A DNA stretch of 64,000 nucleotides from an uncultured delta proteobacterium (GCA_963711835.1 CAVQFQ010000010.1:64001-128000); one strand, 5' to 3'; shown: positions 42,738-55,762, numbered from the stretch's first letter. Made by a program: numbers and translations. The notes: generated from the sequence alone by a model not told the origin.

Positions 42738-44118
42738 TTAGAACTCCAAAGACATCTTTCCCGGATTGAGGATATTATTCGGATCAAATAGTTTTTTTAA
42801 AGAGAGCATATACTCCAGGGCCACGGGGTCATGCTCCAGGGGCATGAAAGCGGCTTTCGACAAACCGATGCCGTGTTCGCCGGTCAGGGTCCCTTCCAGA
42901 GCGATGGCCAGTTGAAAGAGTTCTTCAATGGCTTCCTTGACCCGACGGACCTGATCCGGATCATAGCCGTCGTAGAGGATCTGAGGATGAAGGTTGCCGT
43001 CCCCGGCATGGCCGAAGGTGGCGATCTGCAGGTCATGCCGGAGGGCAATGGCTTCTATGCCCTTGAGCATTTCAGCCACCTTGGACATAGGGAACGGTTA
43101 TATCCTCCAGGACGAAGTGGGTTTTGATCCGGGCCAAGACGCCGTAAGCCGATTTGCGGGCCTCCCAAAGCCGGGCGGCTGCTTCAGCCGAATCGGCCTG
43201 CTTTATATCCTGGGCCTGGTTTTCCCTGAAGACCTGGAGAATCTTGTTCATCTGATAAGCCGTTTCCTCCCGGGTATAACCATCGGTCTCAGTCAAAAGT
43301 ATGGCCTCCACTTCAGGGAGATTGAGTTGGGTATTTTGGTTGATGGCCTGGATGGTCTGCCGGCCCAGGATTTCGAGGACGCTGGGCACAATCCCGCTGA
43401 CCATGATCCGGCTGACCGCTCGGCCGGCATCCTCCAGATCCTTGAAGGTGGCCATGGCCGTGGAGGTGACCGTCGGCTTGGGATTGATTTTGAGGATAAT
43501 CTCGGTCACTACTCCCAGGGTTCCCTCGGAACCCACAAAGAGTTTGGTCAGGTCATAGCCGGAAACGCTTTTCATGGTTTTGGAACCGGTCCTCATCATC
43601 CGGCCGTCGGGCAAGACGACCTGCAGGCCAAGCACATAATCCCGGGTGGTGCCGTACTTGGCCCCCTTAATCCCCCCGGCATTGGTAGCCACATTGCCGC
43701 CCAGGGTGCAGACCTTGGCGCTGCCCGGGTCAGGGGGGAAGAAAAAGCCGTGAGGGGCCAAGGCCCGATCCAGGTCGGCATAGACCACCCCGGGCTGAAC
43801 GATGGCCAGGCGGTCCTCAATGCTTATTTCAAGGATCTGATTCATATGATTCAGATCCAGGACAATACCCCCTTTGATCGGAACGGCCATACCGGAAAGT
43901 CCCGTCCCCGCTCCTCTGGGGACCAGCGGGATTTTTTCCCGGTTGGCCAGCTTCAGGATCTGAGAAACCTCTTCGACCGACTCGGCCCAGACCGCACAGT
44001 CCGGACGATAATGATGTTCCGAGGCATCATAGGAGTAGGAAACCAGGTCGATCAGGCTGTCGGTATAGCGTTTTCCGCCTACGATGGCGATCAAGTCTTT
44101 TTTAATGTTTTCATCCAT
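42738..44118 (-). CDS. FAD-linked 2-hydroxyacid dehydrogenase (GlcD/Dld-like), split by a +1 frameshift near 43090
   Basis: PRGAGTGLSG; GGNVATNAGG; GSEGTLG; EDITVP joins MSKVAE; GHAGDGNLH; GEHGIG; ILNPGK. Confidence 0.9.
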
Positions 44119-44218
44119 GTAGTGCTCCCGAGCTGAGCTTTTCAATCTGAAAAATACTCCTTGATTTTTAACACAAAGTTACCTGGTTGTTAATGAAAAA
44201 AAGGCCAGCCCATTAGCC

Positions 44219-44247
44219 TTGACTTGTAGCCTATTCCGGCCTATATT
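44219..44247 (+). promoter_or_regulatory. Sigma70-type promoter for the DUF362 gene
   Basis: TTGACT-N17-TATATT. Confidence 0.6.
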
Positions 44248-44301
44248 TTTAACATGTTTGTATAAGCATTAACAGGCCGTATAAAGTAATAAGGAGGAAT
44301 T

Positions 44302-45627
44302 ATGGCTAAGGCAAAAATTTGGTTTATGGATGCCCGGGCGAAACGATTTTTGGAGTCCACAGCCATCAAAGGACGACAAATCGTGGAATACTCCGGTTGG
44401 TTGGATAACCTGCAAAAAGGGGACATTGTGGCCGTCAAGACCCACATGGGAGAGGCCTATAATGTGGGCTACCTGCGGCCCATCATCCTGCGAACCCTGG
44501 TGGAAGCCCTCAAGGCCAAAGGCTGCCGACCCTTTGTCACCGATACCACGACCATGCCCTATCATCCCTGGATCAGCCGCACCCTGGCCCTGGATCATTT
44601 GGAGACCGCCAATCGCAACGGTTTTAACCAGGGCACCATGGATTGCCCGGTCCTGATTGCCGACGGCTGGCTGGGGACCGATGATATTACCGTGGATTTA
44701 CAGGGCCGGGGAAATTATCTTAACAAGCAGTTCGTGGCCCGGGCTATTGCCGATGCCGATGCCGTTCTATCGGTCGCCCATTTCAAGGGCCATCCTGCCG
44801 GCGGTTTTGGGGGGGCGCTTAAGAATATCGGGGTAGGCTGCGCCAGCAAGCGGGGCAAAATGAACCTCCACGGGGCACTGGCCGGCGACAAGCCGGTTAT
44901 AGACCTTGCTCTCTGTCCTGGAAAAGAGTGTGACTGGTGGGAGACCTGCCAGGACTGCTGCCCGGAAGGGGCCATTCAGTTTACCGAAAAAGGGATTGAG
45001 ATCGATCAGGAGGCCTGTGTCTATTGTTTCGCCTGTGCCAACCTCTGTGTCAATATGGCCGGCGTAAAGGGGATCCAGCGTTTCGATCATTTGCCGGCCC
45101 TGGGCCGGAGAATCGCCGACTCGGCCCTGGCCATGATGATGACCAAAGAGGAGGGCAAGGTCTTCTTTTTAAACTTTGCCATGGATATCACCCCGGTCTG
45201 TGATTGCTATGGCTGGACCGATACGCCGATTGTCAACGGACTGGGTATCCTGGCTTCCTATGATCCGGTGGCCGTGGATAAGGCCTGTATCGATATGATG
45301 AACCAGGCCCCGGGGCTCATTAATTCCGAGGCCGAAGAGTTCGGCGCCCTGGAGCCCGGCTCTAAAAAACTGAACATCATCAAGGGCAAGGACATCGAAC
45401 CCCAGATCTACGGAGGGGTGGCCAATGGCCTGGGGTCCACCGACTACGAGATCGAAACGGTTCCCCAGGACCGGAGCCAGGAGGCCATCAATCAGTTTTA
45501 TCCGGAAGTACGGGCCCGAAAGCTGAAAGCCATGTATGCTAAAAATCACCCTTTAAGAGGCTTGGATACGGCCTCTTTCGGCAAGATCACCGAAGGGGTG
45601 ACCAATCCGAGGCATCCGAAAAAATAG
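44302..45627 (+). CDS. DUF362-domain Fe-S protein
   Basis: VAVKTHMGE; HFKGH; GFGGALKNIGVGC; ferredoxin insert; ITPVCDC; DPVAVD. Confidence 0.9.
   Translation: MAKAKIWFMDARAKRFLESTAIKGRQIVEYSGWLDNLQKGDIVAVKTHMGEAYNVGYLRPIILRTLVEALKAKGCRPFVTDTTTMPYHPWISRTLALDHLETANRNGFNQGTMDCPVLIADGWLGTDDITVDLQGRGNYLNKQFVARAIADADAVLSVAHFKGHPAGGFGGALKNIGVGCASKRGKMNLHGALAGDKPVIDLALCPGKECDWWETCQDCCPEGAIQFTEKGIEIDQEACVYCFACANLCVNMAGVKGIQRFDHLPALGRRIADSALAMMMTKEEGKVFFLNFAMDITPVCDCYGWTDTPIVNGLGILASYDPVAVDKACIDMMNQAPGLINSEAEEFGALEPGSKKLNIIKGKDIEPQIYGGVANGLGSTDYEIETVPQDRSQEAINQFYPEVRARKLKAMYAKNHPLRGLDTASFGKITEGVTNPRHPKK
45555..45627 (+). repeat. Direct repeat copy 1 (3' end of the DUF362 gene)
   Basis: 70/73 nt identical to 50243-50315. 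Confidence 0.95.
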
Positions 45628-45898
45628 TTTGGTGGGGCTTGAATCGGTTAACGAGGGGGCAGGCCGATTTTGCTTCAGAAAATCACGTTCACCTACAACT
45701 AAACGGAATCGGTGCGGTTAAAATTTATCGATTACCGAAGGAAATGTGCCAAGAAAGGCAGGACCAAATGCCCTGGCCCTGCCTTTGTTCTCTTCTGGGC
45801 TGTGGCGGCTTCTTTATAAGCAAAAGGGGATAGGTGTTGGAATTAATGGAGTCCTTCCCCCAAACCTCCGACCGAAGAAGGAATCCATTTTATTAGAT

Positions 45899-45956
45899 TC
45901 CTAACGTTCCGGTTCAGCGACGGCGGTACGCCGTCCGCTGGAACCGGTTGTTAGCT
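45899..45956 (-). mobile_element. attC: Integron attC recombination site (58 bp)
   Basis: Minus strand reads AGCTAAC-AACCG-GTTCCAGC-18nt-GCTGAAC-CGGAAC-GTTAGGA, i.e. R''/L''(extra base)/L'/R' with canonical spacers; 52 nt downstream of the katG stop. Confidence 0.85.
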
Positions 45957-46008
45957 GACCGTTTTTTCGCCGCCCTGTCAGAAGCCCTCGAAGACGTTTA
46001 TGCTACGA

Positions 46009-48206
<2,198 letters not shown>

Positions 48207-48367
48207 AATGTTTCCTCCTTTCGTTGTGTGAACTGTTGAACAGTGCCACTATGAATAATAGTGTAGTTTCCATCCGGAAATTTGAATTTCCGGACGGAAA
48301 CTAATCAAGTATTTTCGGAACCTGCCTTTTTAAATGAAACAGTCCGCTTCAAGTGTAAAGGACTACT

Positions 48368-48832
48368 TTACTTATTTTTCTTCTGACATTCCGGACAAAG
48401 ACCGAAAAAATCCAGGCGATGGTGCAGGATCTGGAAGCCGGTTTTCCGGCCCATTTCCTGGTTAAGGTCGCTGAGACCGGCCCATTTCGGGTCGACGATT
48501 TTTTTACAACGTATGCAGATGATATGCGGATGGGGAAAGGGTTTGTACCCGTCATAGCGGTTGCTTCCGTCCGGAAAACCCAGTTCCAAAACTTCATTGA
48601 GTTCCTTGAGCAGAATAATCGTCTTATATACAGTAGCCAGACTGGTTGTGGGAAAATCGGCCCTGACCCGCTCATAGACCTGGGCCACGCTCGGGTGCGT
48701 TTCATCCCGGGATAGGATTTTCAAGACCGCCAATCGTTGGGGGGTAAGGCGGAAATTTTTCTCCTTCACCCTGGAAAGCATAGTTTCCAGGCGATTGCCG
48801 TTTTCCCAGGAGGTGTCAGTGGATCTGGCCAT
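48368..48832 (-). CDS. perR: Fur-family regulator, probably PerR
   Basis: TPQRLAVL; HPS; SLATVY; HPHIICIRC; CPEC; directly upstream of katG. Confidence 0.85.
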   Translation of the reverse strand: MARSTDTSWENGNRLETMLSRVKEKNFRLTPQRLAVLKILSRDETHPSVAQVYERVRADFPTTSLATVYKTIILLKELNEVLELGFPDGSNRYDGYKPFPHPHIICIRCKKIVDPKWAGLSDLNQEMGRKTGFQILHHRLDFFGLCPECQKKNK

Positions 48833-48862
48833 GGTTAATATGACTAAAAAAATTATTTATGG

Positions 48863-48877
48863 AGAATTATTATTTCT
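48863..48877. promoter_or_regulatory. Fur/Per box-like 7-1-7 inverted repeat upstream of perR
   Basis: AGAATTA-T-TATTTCT (6/7 symmetric). Confidence 0.45.
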
Positions 48878-49219
48878 AAAGATATATTATCAGAAAGGGG
48901 CCGGTTGTCAAGAAAAATTATTTCAACCAGTGACTGTATCTCGCCGTCCTTCAAAAGGGCCTGGGTATGGACATCTCCGGATGCCTGGGGTTGTATGATC
49001 TGTCTTTAGGCAGATTTAATAAGATTTTGGGAAATACCAAAAAGGGTCCTACTCGGGGAACAGGCATCAAGGCAATGAAAACACTTAAACCCAAGTACAA
49101 TCTATGCATGAAAACCTACCGGAAAGAGAATCTCAGCACCTCGAAGTGAGAAAGTGGGCGATTTGTTAGCGGCCACATGTCAGACATATTCCAAACTCGA
49201 TCCGATCAAGACATCTGCT

Positions 49220-49924
49220 TCACCGGTTCGACTGGAAGCGTTCTTCCTTCCATGGATCGGCGGAGTTACTGTAACCTTGCCTTTCCCAGAATCCGGGCTC
49301 ATCGCGAGAGGTGACTTTGACAGCCTCCAGCCACTTGGCACTCTTGTAGAAGTAGCGATCGGGGATCACGACACGCACGGGGGCGCCGTGCGCCTGTTGC
49401 AGTTTCTTACCAAAGAAACTGTGCGCAAGGATCACGTTCCCCTTTTGAGTTTCGCTTATGGGAACATTGCTGGTGTAGCCTCCGGCGGCCTCAAAAATGA
49501 CAAAACCTCCACTTCTGCGAGGCCTGACTCTATCCATGATTGTTGTCAGGCGAACGCCACTCCAGCGGGAATCCAGAAGAGTCCAGCCGGTGACACAGTG
49601 AATATCACAGGTGATATGCACCTGGTCCAGGTTGAGCAGCTCCTGGTAGGAAAGGACGACCGGTCTTTCCACCTCACCATGGACGCGCAGGCTCCAGTTC
49701 GCAACAGTAGCGGTTCCAGGCGTGCCGCCCATATCCTGAATCTTTTCGACCGCCTGCTGCCCGGGGGGGAGACGGGGCCTGCCGTCCGGTCTGGTGTTGG
49801 CTGCCAGAGCACGTTGCTCCGCATCCGCGAGTTTTACGAAAGCTCCAGGCAACCCTATGCTCACTATGGTTCCGCCTGCTGCGGCCAGGAAGGTGCGCCT
49901 GGAGATCTTCTGGTCTTTTTGCAT
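49220..49924 (-). CDS. Tat-exported sulfite oxidase-family molybdopterin oxidoreductase
   Basis: SRRTFL Tat motif; RLPPGQ; DIHCVTGW; HGAPVR; YKSAKW; GFWERQGY. Confidence 0.92.
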   Translation of the reverse strand: MQKDQKISRRTFLAAAGGTIVSIGLPGAFVKLADAEQRALAANTRPDGRPRLPPGQQAVEKIQDMGGTPGTATVANWSLRVHGEVERPVVLSYQELLNLDQVHITCDIHCVTGWTLLDSRWSGVRLTTIMDRVRPRRSGGFVIFEAAGGYTSNVPISETQKGNVILAHSFFGKKLQQAHGAPVRVVIPDRYFYKSAKWLEAVKVTSRDEPGFWERQGYSNSADPWKEERFQSNR

Positions 49925-50108
49925 TGCCCCTCCTTTGTCAGTTGAGTGGGTCCTTGCCCCCTCGGATCAGCCAGAGCATCCGGGGTGATAGTTAAAATGG
50001 GGACGCTGGTAAGAAAGTAAGAAATTCATGGTTAACTCCAACTGATTCTCCTGAGCGATGTCCCTGCCTCCCTGGCAGCCCAATAGCAAAGAAATTTGTA
50101 GGAGGAAT

Positions 50109-50227
50109 AGGGCCGCTGTTAGGTTATTAACTTTTCAACAGATGGAAACCCTTTTATCTCTGCGGCATCTTTCTCCAATACCACCCCTGACTCATCTCGT
50201 TCAACCTAATAACCTGACAGCGTCCCC
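50109..50227. mobile_element. Small MITE/REPIN-like element
   Basis: 20-bp terminal IR AGGGCCGCTGTTAGGTTATT / AATAACCTGACAGCGTCCCC (17/20 match). Confidence 0.55.
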
Positions 50228-50242
50228 TTTCTCTGTAACTTC

Positions 50243-50315
50243 AAGAGGCTTGGATACGGCCTCTTTCGGCAAGATCACCGAAGGGGTGAGCAATCCGAGG
50301 CATCCGAAGAAATAA
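50243..50315 (+). repeat. Direct repeat copy 2 (orphan 3' end of the DUF362 gene)
   Basis: Encodes RGLDTASFGKITEGVSNPRHPKK*; 70/73 identical to 45555-45627. Confidence 0.95.
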
Positions 50316-50388
50316 TTTAAAGGTGTAATTTCTATAAGGGTGGATAGGGCAGAAACCGGCGGCCGGCGGATTCCCGAGCGGAGTTAGC

Positions 50389-51021
50389 TCACCCGATCAT
50401 CTCTTCGTACAATCCCCGTTTATCAATGATCCGGCGGGCCTTGAACTGGGTCCGTTCCAGGCTGCCGGGCGGCAAGGTCTGAACCAGGACCCGAACCCCC
50501 AGGACTTTCTTCAAGGCCTCGGCCAATCTCAGCTTTAAGGTCGCCGCCTGATGCTCTTCCAGGCCCAGGGCCATTTCGACCTGGACCACCAGCTCATCCA
50601 TGGTTTTTTCCCGGGCAATGATGATCCGGTATTCTTCCCCGCAGCCGGCCTGGGCCCGGATGATGTCCTCGATTGCGCTGGGATAAACGTTTTCTCCCCG
50701 GATGGTGAACATATCATCGGACCGGCCGTAAATCCCTCTCGGAAGCCGGGGGTAGGTCCGGCCGCAGGGGCAAGGATCATTGACCCAGGTCGTCAGGTCA
50801 CCGGACCAGAAACGAATCATGGGCTGAGAATCCCTTTCCAGATGGGTATAGACGAGCACCCCCTGTTCACCATAAGGGACCGGCCGTTTGGTTTCCTGAT
50901 CGACCACTTCCGTATAGACCAGATCCTGCCAGAGATGCATCCCGCGCCGCTCCCCGCATTCACTATTGGACATCCAGGGGGTCATTTCAGCCGTGGAGCC
51001 GGAATCAACACAAACGCCTCC
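50389..51021 (-). pseudogene. Duplicated 3' part of the PaaK-like CoA ligase gene
   Basis: 50398-51021 is a near-identical copy of 52016-52639 (offset 1618); no 5' half. Confidence 0.93.
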
Positions 51022-51175
51022 GTTTGAGGGGACGTTGGTGCAACCGTTGCTTCGTTTAGATAACTATCCTTGGCTTTTCGACATTGATCGAGAATGTCCT
51101 TGGCTCAGATATTCAACACGCAACTGATAACATAGCCGTTTTTTACCTATTTCCAATATGTTCCAGACACTCTGC

Positions 51176-51233
51176 TCGGAACCGTATAACTCAGCGGTGG
51201 GTACCAGTCATCCTCTGGTTTTTTTTGTTGGCC
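51176..51233 (-). mobile_element. Degenerate attC-like site overlapping the DUF2442 stop
   Basis: GGCCAAC-AAAAA-AAACCAGA-18nt-GCTGAGT-TATACG-GTTCCGA; same 58-bp spacing as the katG attC. Confidence 0.5.
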
Positions 51234-51526
51234 AATGTTTCGACCTTATTGAATCTTGTATCACGACTAAAAGGTCGTGGTGCGGGAATACCAAAAAGCA
51301 TACCTTCAGCACTGATATCCTCATCTATATCAGGCCAATGTACCCCATGACCATCTCCTATAATTCTATAATTGGAGCGTTGCTTAGGTGTTGCATCGGA
51401 CAATCGCCAAGACCACGCAAGCGGGACACTTATTATCCGACCATCAACAAGTTGAGCCGTAATTGTGTCTTTGCTGACTTTTATATCCTTAATTTTTTCT
51501 TCTTGTATTTTCACCACAGTGCTCAT
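51191..51526 (-). CDS. DUF2442 protein (toxin-antitoxin component)
   Basis: LVDGRIISVPLAWSWRL; GHGVHWPDIDEDIS. Confidence 0.9.
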   Translation of the reverse strand: MSTVVKIQEEKIKDIKVSKDTITAQLVDGRIISVPLAWSWRLSDATPKQRSNYRIIGDGHGVHWPDIDEDISAEGMLFGIPAPRPFSRDTRFNKVETLANKKNQRMTGTHR

Positions 51527-51746
51527 ACCACGCCTCCATTATCTTGTCTTTGTTGTTTTTAATTATTCCTCGTATGGTATTGAGTTCTTTTGGAGAAAAA
51601 CCATAATTTTTTACCAATACAACAGGCTCCAGCCAGAATTTGCAGATCATCTTCTCTCTTTGAGTATGCACATGCATTTGCTCATTACAATCAAAGCTGA
51701 AGAAGAAAAAGCGATAGGGTCCTCTGATTTTCTTGACCGTTGGCAT
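51489..51746 (-). CDS. DUF4160 protein (HicA-like toxin-antitoxin component)
   Basis: MPTV; YRFFFFS; MHVH; KFWLEPV; EAWYEH; overlaps DUF2442. Confidence 0.9.
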   Translation of the reverse strand: MPTVKKIRGPYRFFFFSFDCNEQMHVHTQREKMICKFWLEPVVLVKNYGFSPKELNTIRGIIKNNKDKIMEAWYEHCGENTRRKN

Positions 51747-52000
51747 ATCGTTCCCTATTTAAGCATATACGATCATCGGGCAATCATTCCTGCAGACCCT
51801 CACTTCGAAGAACCCCTTTTTCATTCCTTTTTATCATAAAGTCAATAATATTCAAATTATTTTCATTGGTTAGCGTTTGAAATCTGGCATGGCAAGAGAA
51901 AATTTAAAACAAGGCTTCAAGGAAAATTATTCGCGCAACCTGACGTCATTTGAATTTAAAATTACCCAGTAGTTACCCAAAACGCGACATCCATCACCGG

Positions 52001-53412
52001 TCACTTCTTTCCTACCATCTCTTCGTACAATCCCCGTTTATCAATGATCCGGCGGGCCTTGAACTGGGTCCGTTCCAGGCTGCCGGGCGGCAAGGTCTGA
52101 ACCAGGACCCGGACTCCCAGGACTTTCTTCAAGGCCTCGGCCAATTTCTTCTTTAAGGTCGCCTCCTGATGATCTTCCATGCCCAGGGCCGTTTCGACCT
52201 GAACCACCAGCTCATCCATGGTTTTTTCCCGGGTAATGATGATCCGGTATTCTTCCCCGCAGCCGGCCTGAGCCCGGATGATGTCCTCAATAGCGCTGGG
52301 ATAAACGTTTTCTCCCCGGATGGTGAACATATCATCGGACCGGCCGTAAATCCCTCTCGGAAGCCGGGGGTAAGTACGGCCACAGGGACAAGGGTCATTG
52401 ACCCAGGTCGTCAGGTCACCGGACCAGAAACGAATCATGGGCTGAGAATCTCTTTCCAGATGGGTATAGACGAGCACCCCCTGTTTACCATAAGGGACCG
52501 GCTTTTTGGTCTCCGGATCGACCACTTCCGTATAGACCAGATCCTGCCAGAGATGCATGCCCTGACGCTCCCCGCATTCACTATTGGACATCCAGGGGGT
52601 CATTTCAGCCGTGGAGCCGGAATCAATACAAATGCCTCCATAGCTCTTTTCAATAAGTCGCTTGGTGGAGGGAATGCCCGCACCCGGTTCTCCGGAGAAA
52701 AAAAGGATTCGAAAGGCAAAATCTTTTTTGGGGTCCAAGCCGAGGGTCCGGGCCCTTTCGGCTAAGTAGAGGCTGTAGGAAGGAGTGCCGTAAAAAACAG
52801 AGGGCTTCATCTGCCGGATCCAGTCGATGGCCCGTTCGGTCTGACCCGGAACTCCGGCGCCGAAAGGGAAACAGACCGCACCCAGGCGTTCCCCTCCGGC
52901 CAAGGCCCCCCAACTGCCCATATATAAGCTGAAAAAGGAGCCGATAAAAAGGATGTCGTTCGGCCGGACCCCGAAACTCCACATGATCCGGGCGTGGGCC
53001 TCGGCAATCCGGGTCATGTCTCCCCGGCTGATACCGAAGGCCGTTGGACGACCGGTGGTTCCGGAGGTGCCATGAAGCCGTTGAATATCAACGATGGGAA
53101 CACAGCTATAACTGCCGAAAGGGAGGATGTCTCAGCCTGATCCTCGCGGATTTCTTCTTTGTACAAAAAGGGGATCCTCTCAAAATCGCTCAAAGAACGG
53201 ATATTCTGTGGATGAACTCCGGCCTTGTTCCACTTTGCGCGATACAAGGGGGCCTTTTCATAGGCATGGGTCAGTTGGGCTCTGAGTTTGGGCAGGATGA
53301 TCTTTTCCGATCGCTCCTGCGGGTCCATGGTCTCTATATCCCGGTTCCAGTAGGGATCAGAGGGGGATGGATAGTAATGAGGATTATGTTCTGGGGGCCA
53401 TAAGAGGGTCAT
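52001..53412 (-). CDS. Phenylacetate-CoA ligase (PaaK)-family acyl-CoA ligase, frameshifted near 53115-53135
   Basis: Restored P-loop HGTSGTTGRP; GTPSY; GEPG; GRSDDM; RGENVYPS; KARRIID. Confidence 0.9.
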
Positions 53413-53441
53413 GAAAAACCTCCATCTTAAAAAAGTTTGAG

Positions 53442-53846
53442 CTATGGAACCAACGAGCGCCTGGCGGCTTCCTGGATTTCCTGCACAATGGTCTTCATCG
53501 GTGTATCCGGACCGTAGATTTTTTCAATGCCTTGTTCCAATAGATAGGGGATGTCCCGCTCGGGGATGATCCCGCCCAGGAAGACCTTGACGTCTCTGAG
53601 CCCTTTATCCCTCAATAAACGGACCACCTTCGGAGCCAGGACACGATGGTTTCCGCAGAGGGTGCTTAACCCGACCAGATCGACATCTTCCTGCAGGGCG
53701 GCCTGGGCAATCTGTTCCGGAAATTGATTGCCTAAATAAATGACCTCCATCCCGGCTTCCCGCAGGAACTGGGCTACCGTTACCGCCCCGCGCCAGTGGA
53801 TATCCAGGCCCAACTTGGTGATGAGAACGCGTATTTTTCTTTCCAT
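53442..53846 (-). CDS. B12-binding small subunit of an acyl-CoA mutase
   Basis: GLDIHWRG (DxHxxG); GMEVIYLG; GLS; GGIIP. Confidence 0.95.
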   Translation of the reverse strand: MERKIRVLITKLGLDIHWRGAVTVAQFLREAGMEVIYLGNQFPEQIAQAALQEDVDLVGLSTLCGNHRVLAPKVVRLLRDKGLRDVKVFLGGIIPERDIPYLLEQGIEKIYGPDTPMKTIVQEIQEAARRSLVP

Positions 53847-54054
53847 TATTTGTCCTTCATAAATACAGATCATCTCGGAGACTACTTGTCAGTGATCTCT
53901 GGAATGGCTTTCCAATGGACGTTGAATCTAGCTTTGAGCAGCCTGGAATCCAGTCTGAACTTTAATTCACTGGATTCCGGCTTCTGGGGAATAGACTGCT
54001 GCTTTAATGACATTGTAAAGACGTGTCTGAGACTTTTTGTTTTTATCCAGTTCT

Positions 54055-55762
54055 TCAAGTAATAAGCGGTGAATGCCAGAGGCCGAATTCATTCCGGAAA
54101 AGTTCCGAGATTTCGCCCAGGGTGGCCAGGGACTTGACGGCCTCCAGGGTGTAGGGGTAGAGATTTTCCTTGGAATGGCATTTGCCTCTGAGATGGTCAA
54201 GGGCCTTAGTGATTTTTCCGGAATCTCTTTCCCGACGCAATCGTTCCAGTTTAACCCTTTGACGGGATTCGGTCTCCGGATACTCAAAGACCTCTATGGG
54301 CTGGGATGGAGCCGGAACCCTGGAAGGCATTGACCCCCACCACCTTGATCTCCCCGCTTTCAATTTTTCGCTGATAGTCGAATTGGTAAGAGGCGATTTC
54401 CCGATGCAGCCAACCCTTCTCGGCCGCCGCAACAATCCCTCCCTGGTCTTCAATTCTCCGGATATAGGCCTCGATACGTTTTTCCAGTTCGGCGGTCAGA
54501 TATTCCAGATAGTAAGAACCGGCCAGCGGATCAACCGTCTGGGTCACCCCGGTTTCCTGCTGGATGATCTGCTGAGTTCTTAGGGAGACCAGGGCAGCCG
54601 TTTCCGTAGGGGCCGAATAGGCCTCGTCAAAGGAATCGATGTGCAGGGACTGGGCCCCTCCAAAAACAGCCGCCAGGCCCTGGAGAGCGGATCGGGCAAT
54701 ATTGTTCAGAGGCTCGGTGGCCGGCAAGGTAATCCCGGCGGTCTGAACATGGAAACGCATCAGCCAGGATTTCGGGTCTTTGGCTTTAAAGCGTTCCCTC
54801 ATGATCCGGTACCAGATCTTCCGGGAGGCCCGGCATTTAGCCACTTCTTCGAAGAAGTCGTTATGAAGATCCCAGAAAAAGGAAATCCGGGGGGCAAAGC
54901 CGTCAATCTCCCGGCCTCTGCTCAGCAACTCCTCGGCGGTAGCGACGGCATTGGCGATGGCGATGGCCACCTCGGCCACGGCATCGGTGCCGGCCTCCCT
55001 CAGATTATAGCCGTTCAAGCTGATAGGATTCCAGCGGGGCAGATATCGGGTGATCCAGTCCACCACATCGCATTGCATCCGGAAGGAAACGGCCGGAGGG
55101 AGCATTTCAGGAGCACTTCCGATGACCGTCTCCATGAGAAAGTCGTTCTGGCAGGTGCCGGATAAGCGGGTATAGGGGATGCCCCGCGCCTCGGCCAGGG
55201 CAAAGTACATCCCCGGGATAATCAGGCTGGTACTGGGAAGGTGGGTAACGATGGAAGTGCTGATACCGGCCAGGTCAATCCCGGAAAAAAAGGCCTCCAT
55301 ATCCGGAAGGGAATCCACGGCCGCCCCGCATTGACCGACATTGCCTTCCGCTTCCGGATCATCGGAATCATAGCCCCGGATGGTGGGCAGATCAAAGAGG
55401 ATGCTCACCCCGGTGGCCCCGTGATCCAGGAGATATTTAACCCGCAGATTGCAGTCTTCCGGGGCCCCTAAGCCGGCTAACTGCCGGATGGTAAAGGGTC
55501 GGCCCTGATACATGGTGGGATAAATTCCCCTGACAAAGGGGGGCGCCCCGGGGAATCCCGAATCCTGCAAATAATCCAATTCCTGGATGTCCAGTGGCGT
55601 GTGGAGGAGCTTGACCGGAATCCCTGAAGAAGTGATGTGAACGGCCTCCTCTTTCTTTTCTTCCGACTTAAGCTTTTTCTTGTGCCATTCCTGGTAATGG
55701 GTCCGGATCTCTTGAATCTGCGCTTCATTAAAAAGGAGGTTTTTAGGCTGGTTGTCTTTCAT
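54055..55762 (-). CDS. Adenosylcobalamin-dependent acyl-CoA mutase large subunit, frameshift near 54310
   Basis: PFVRGIYPTMY; RQLAG; FDLPT; QND; FFEEVAK; RFHVQTAG; GGAQSLH; DPLAGSY; ATLGEI. Confidence 0.95.

Noticed and set aside
43072-43100. Programmed frameshift or selenocysteine read-through in the glcD-like gene
   Set aside because: No slippery heptamer; the TGA is out of the conserved frame, and removing one base restores the protein.
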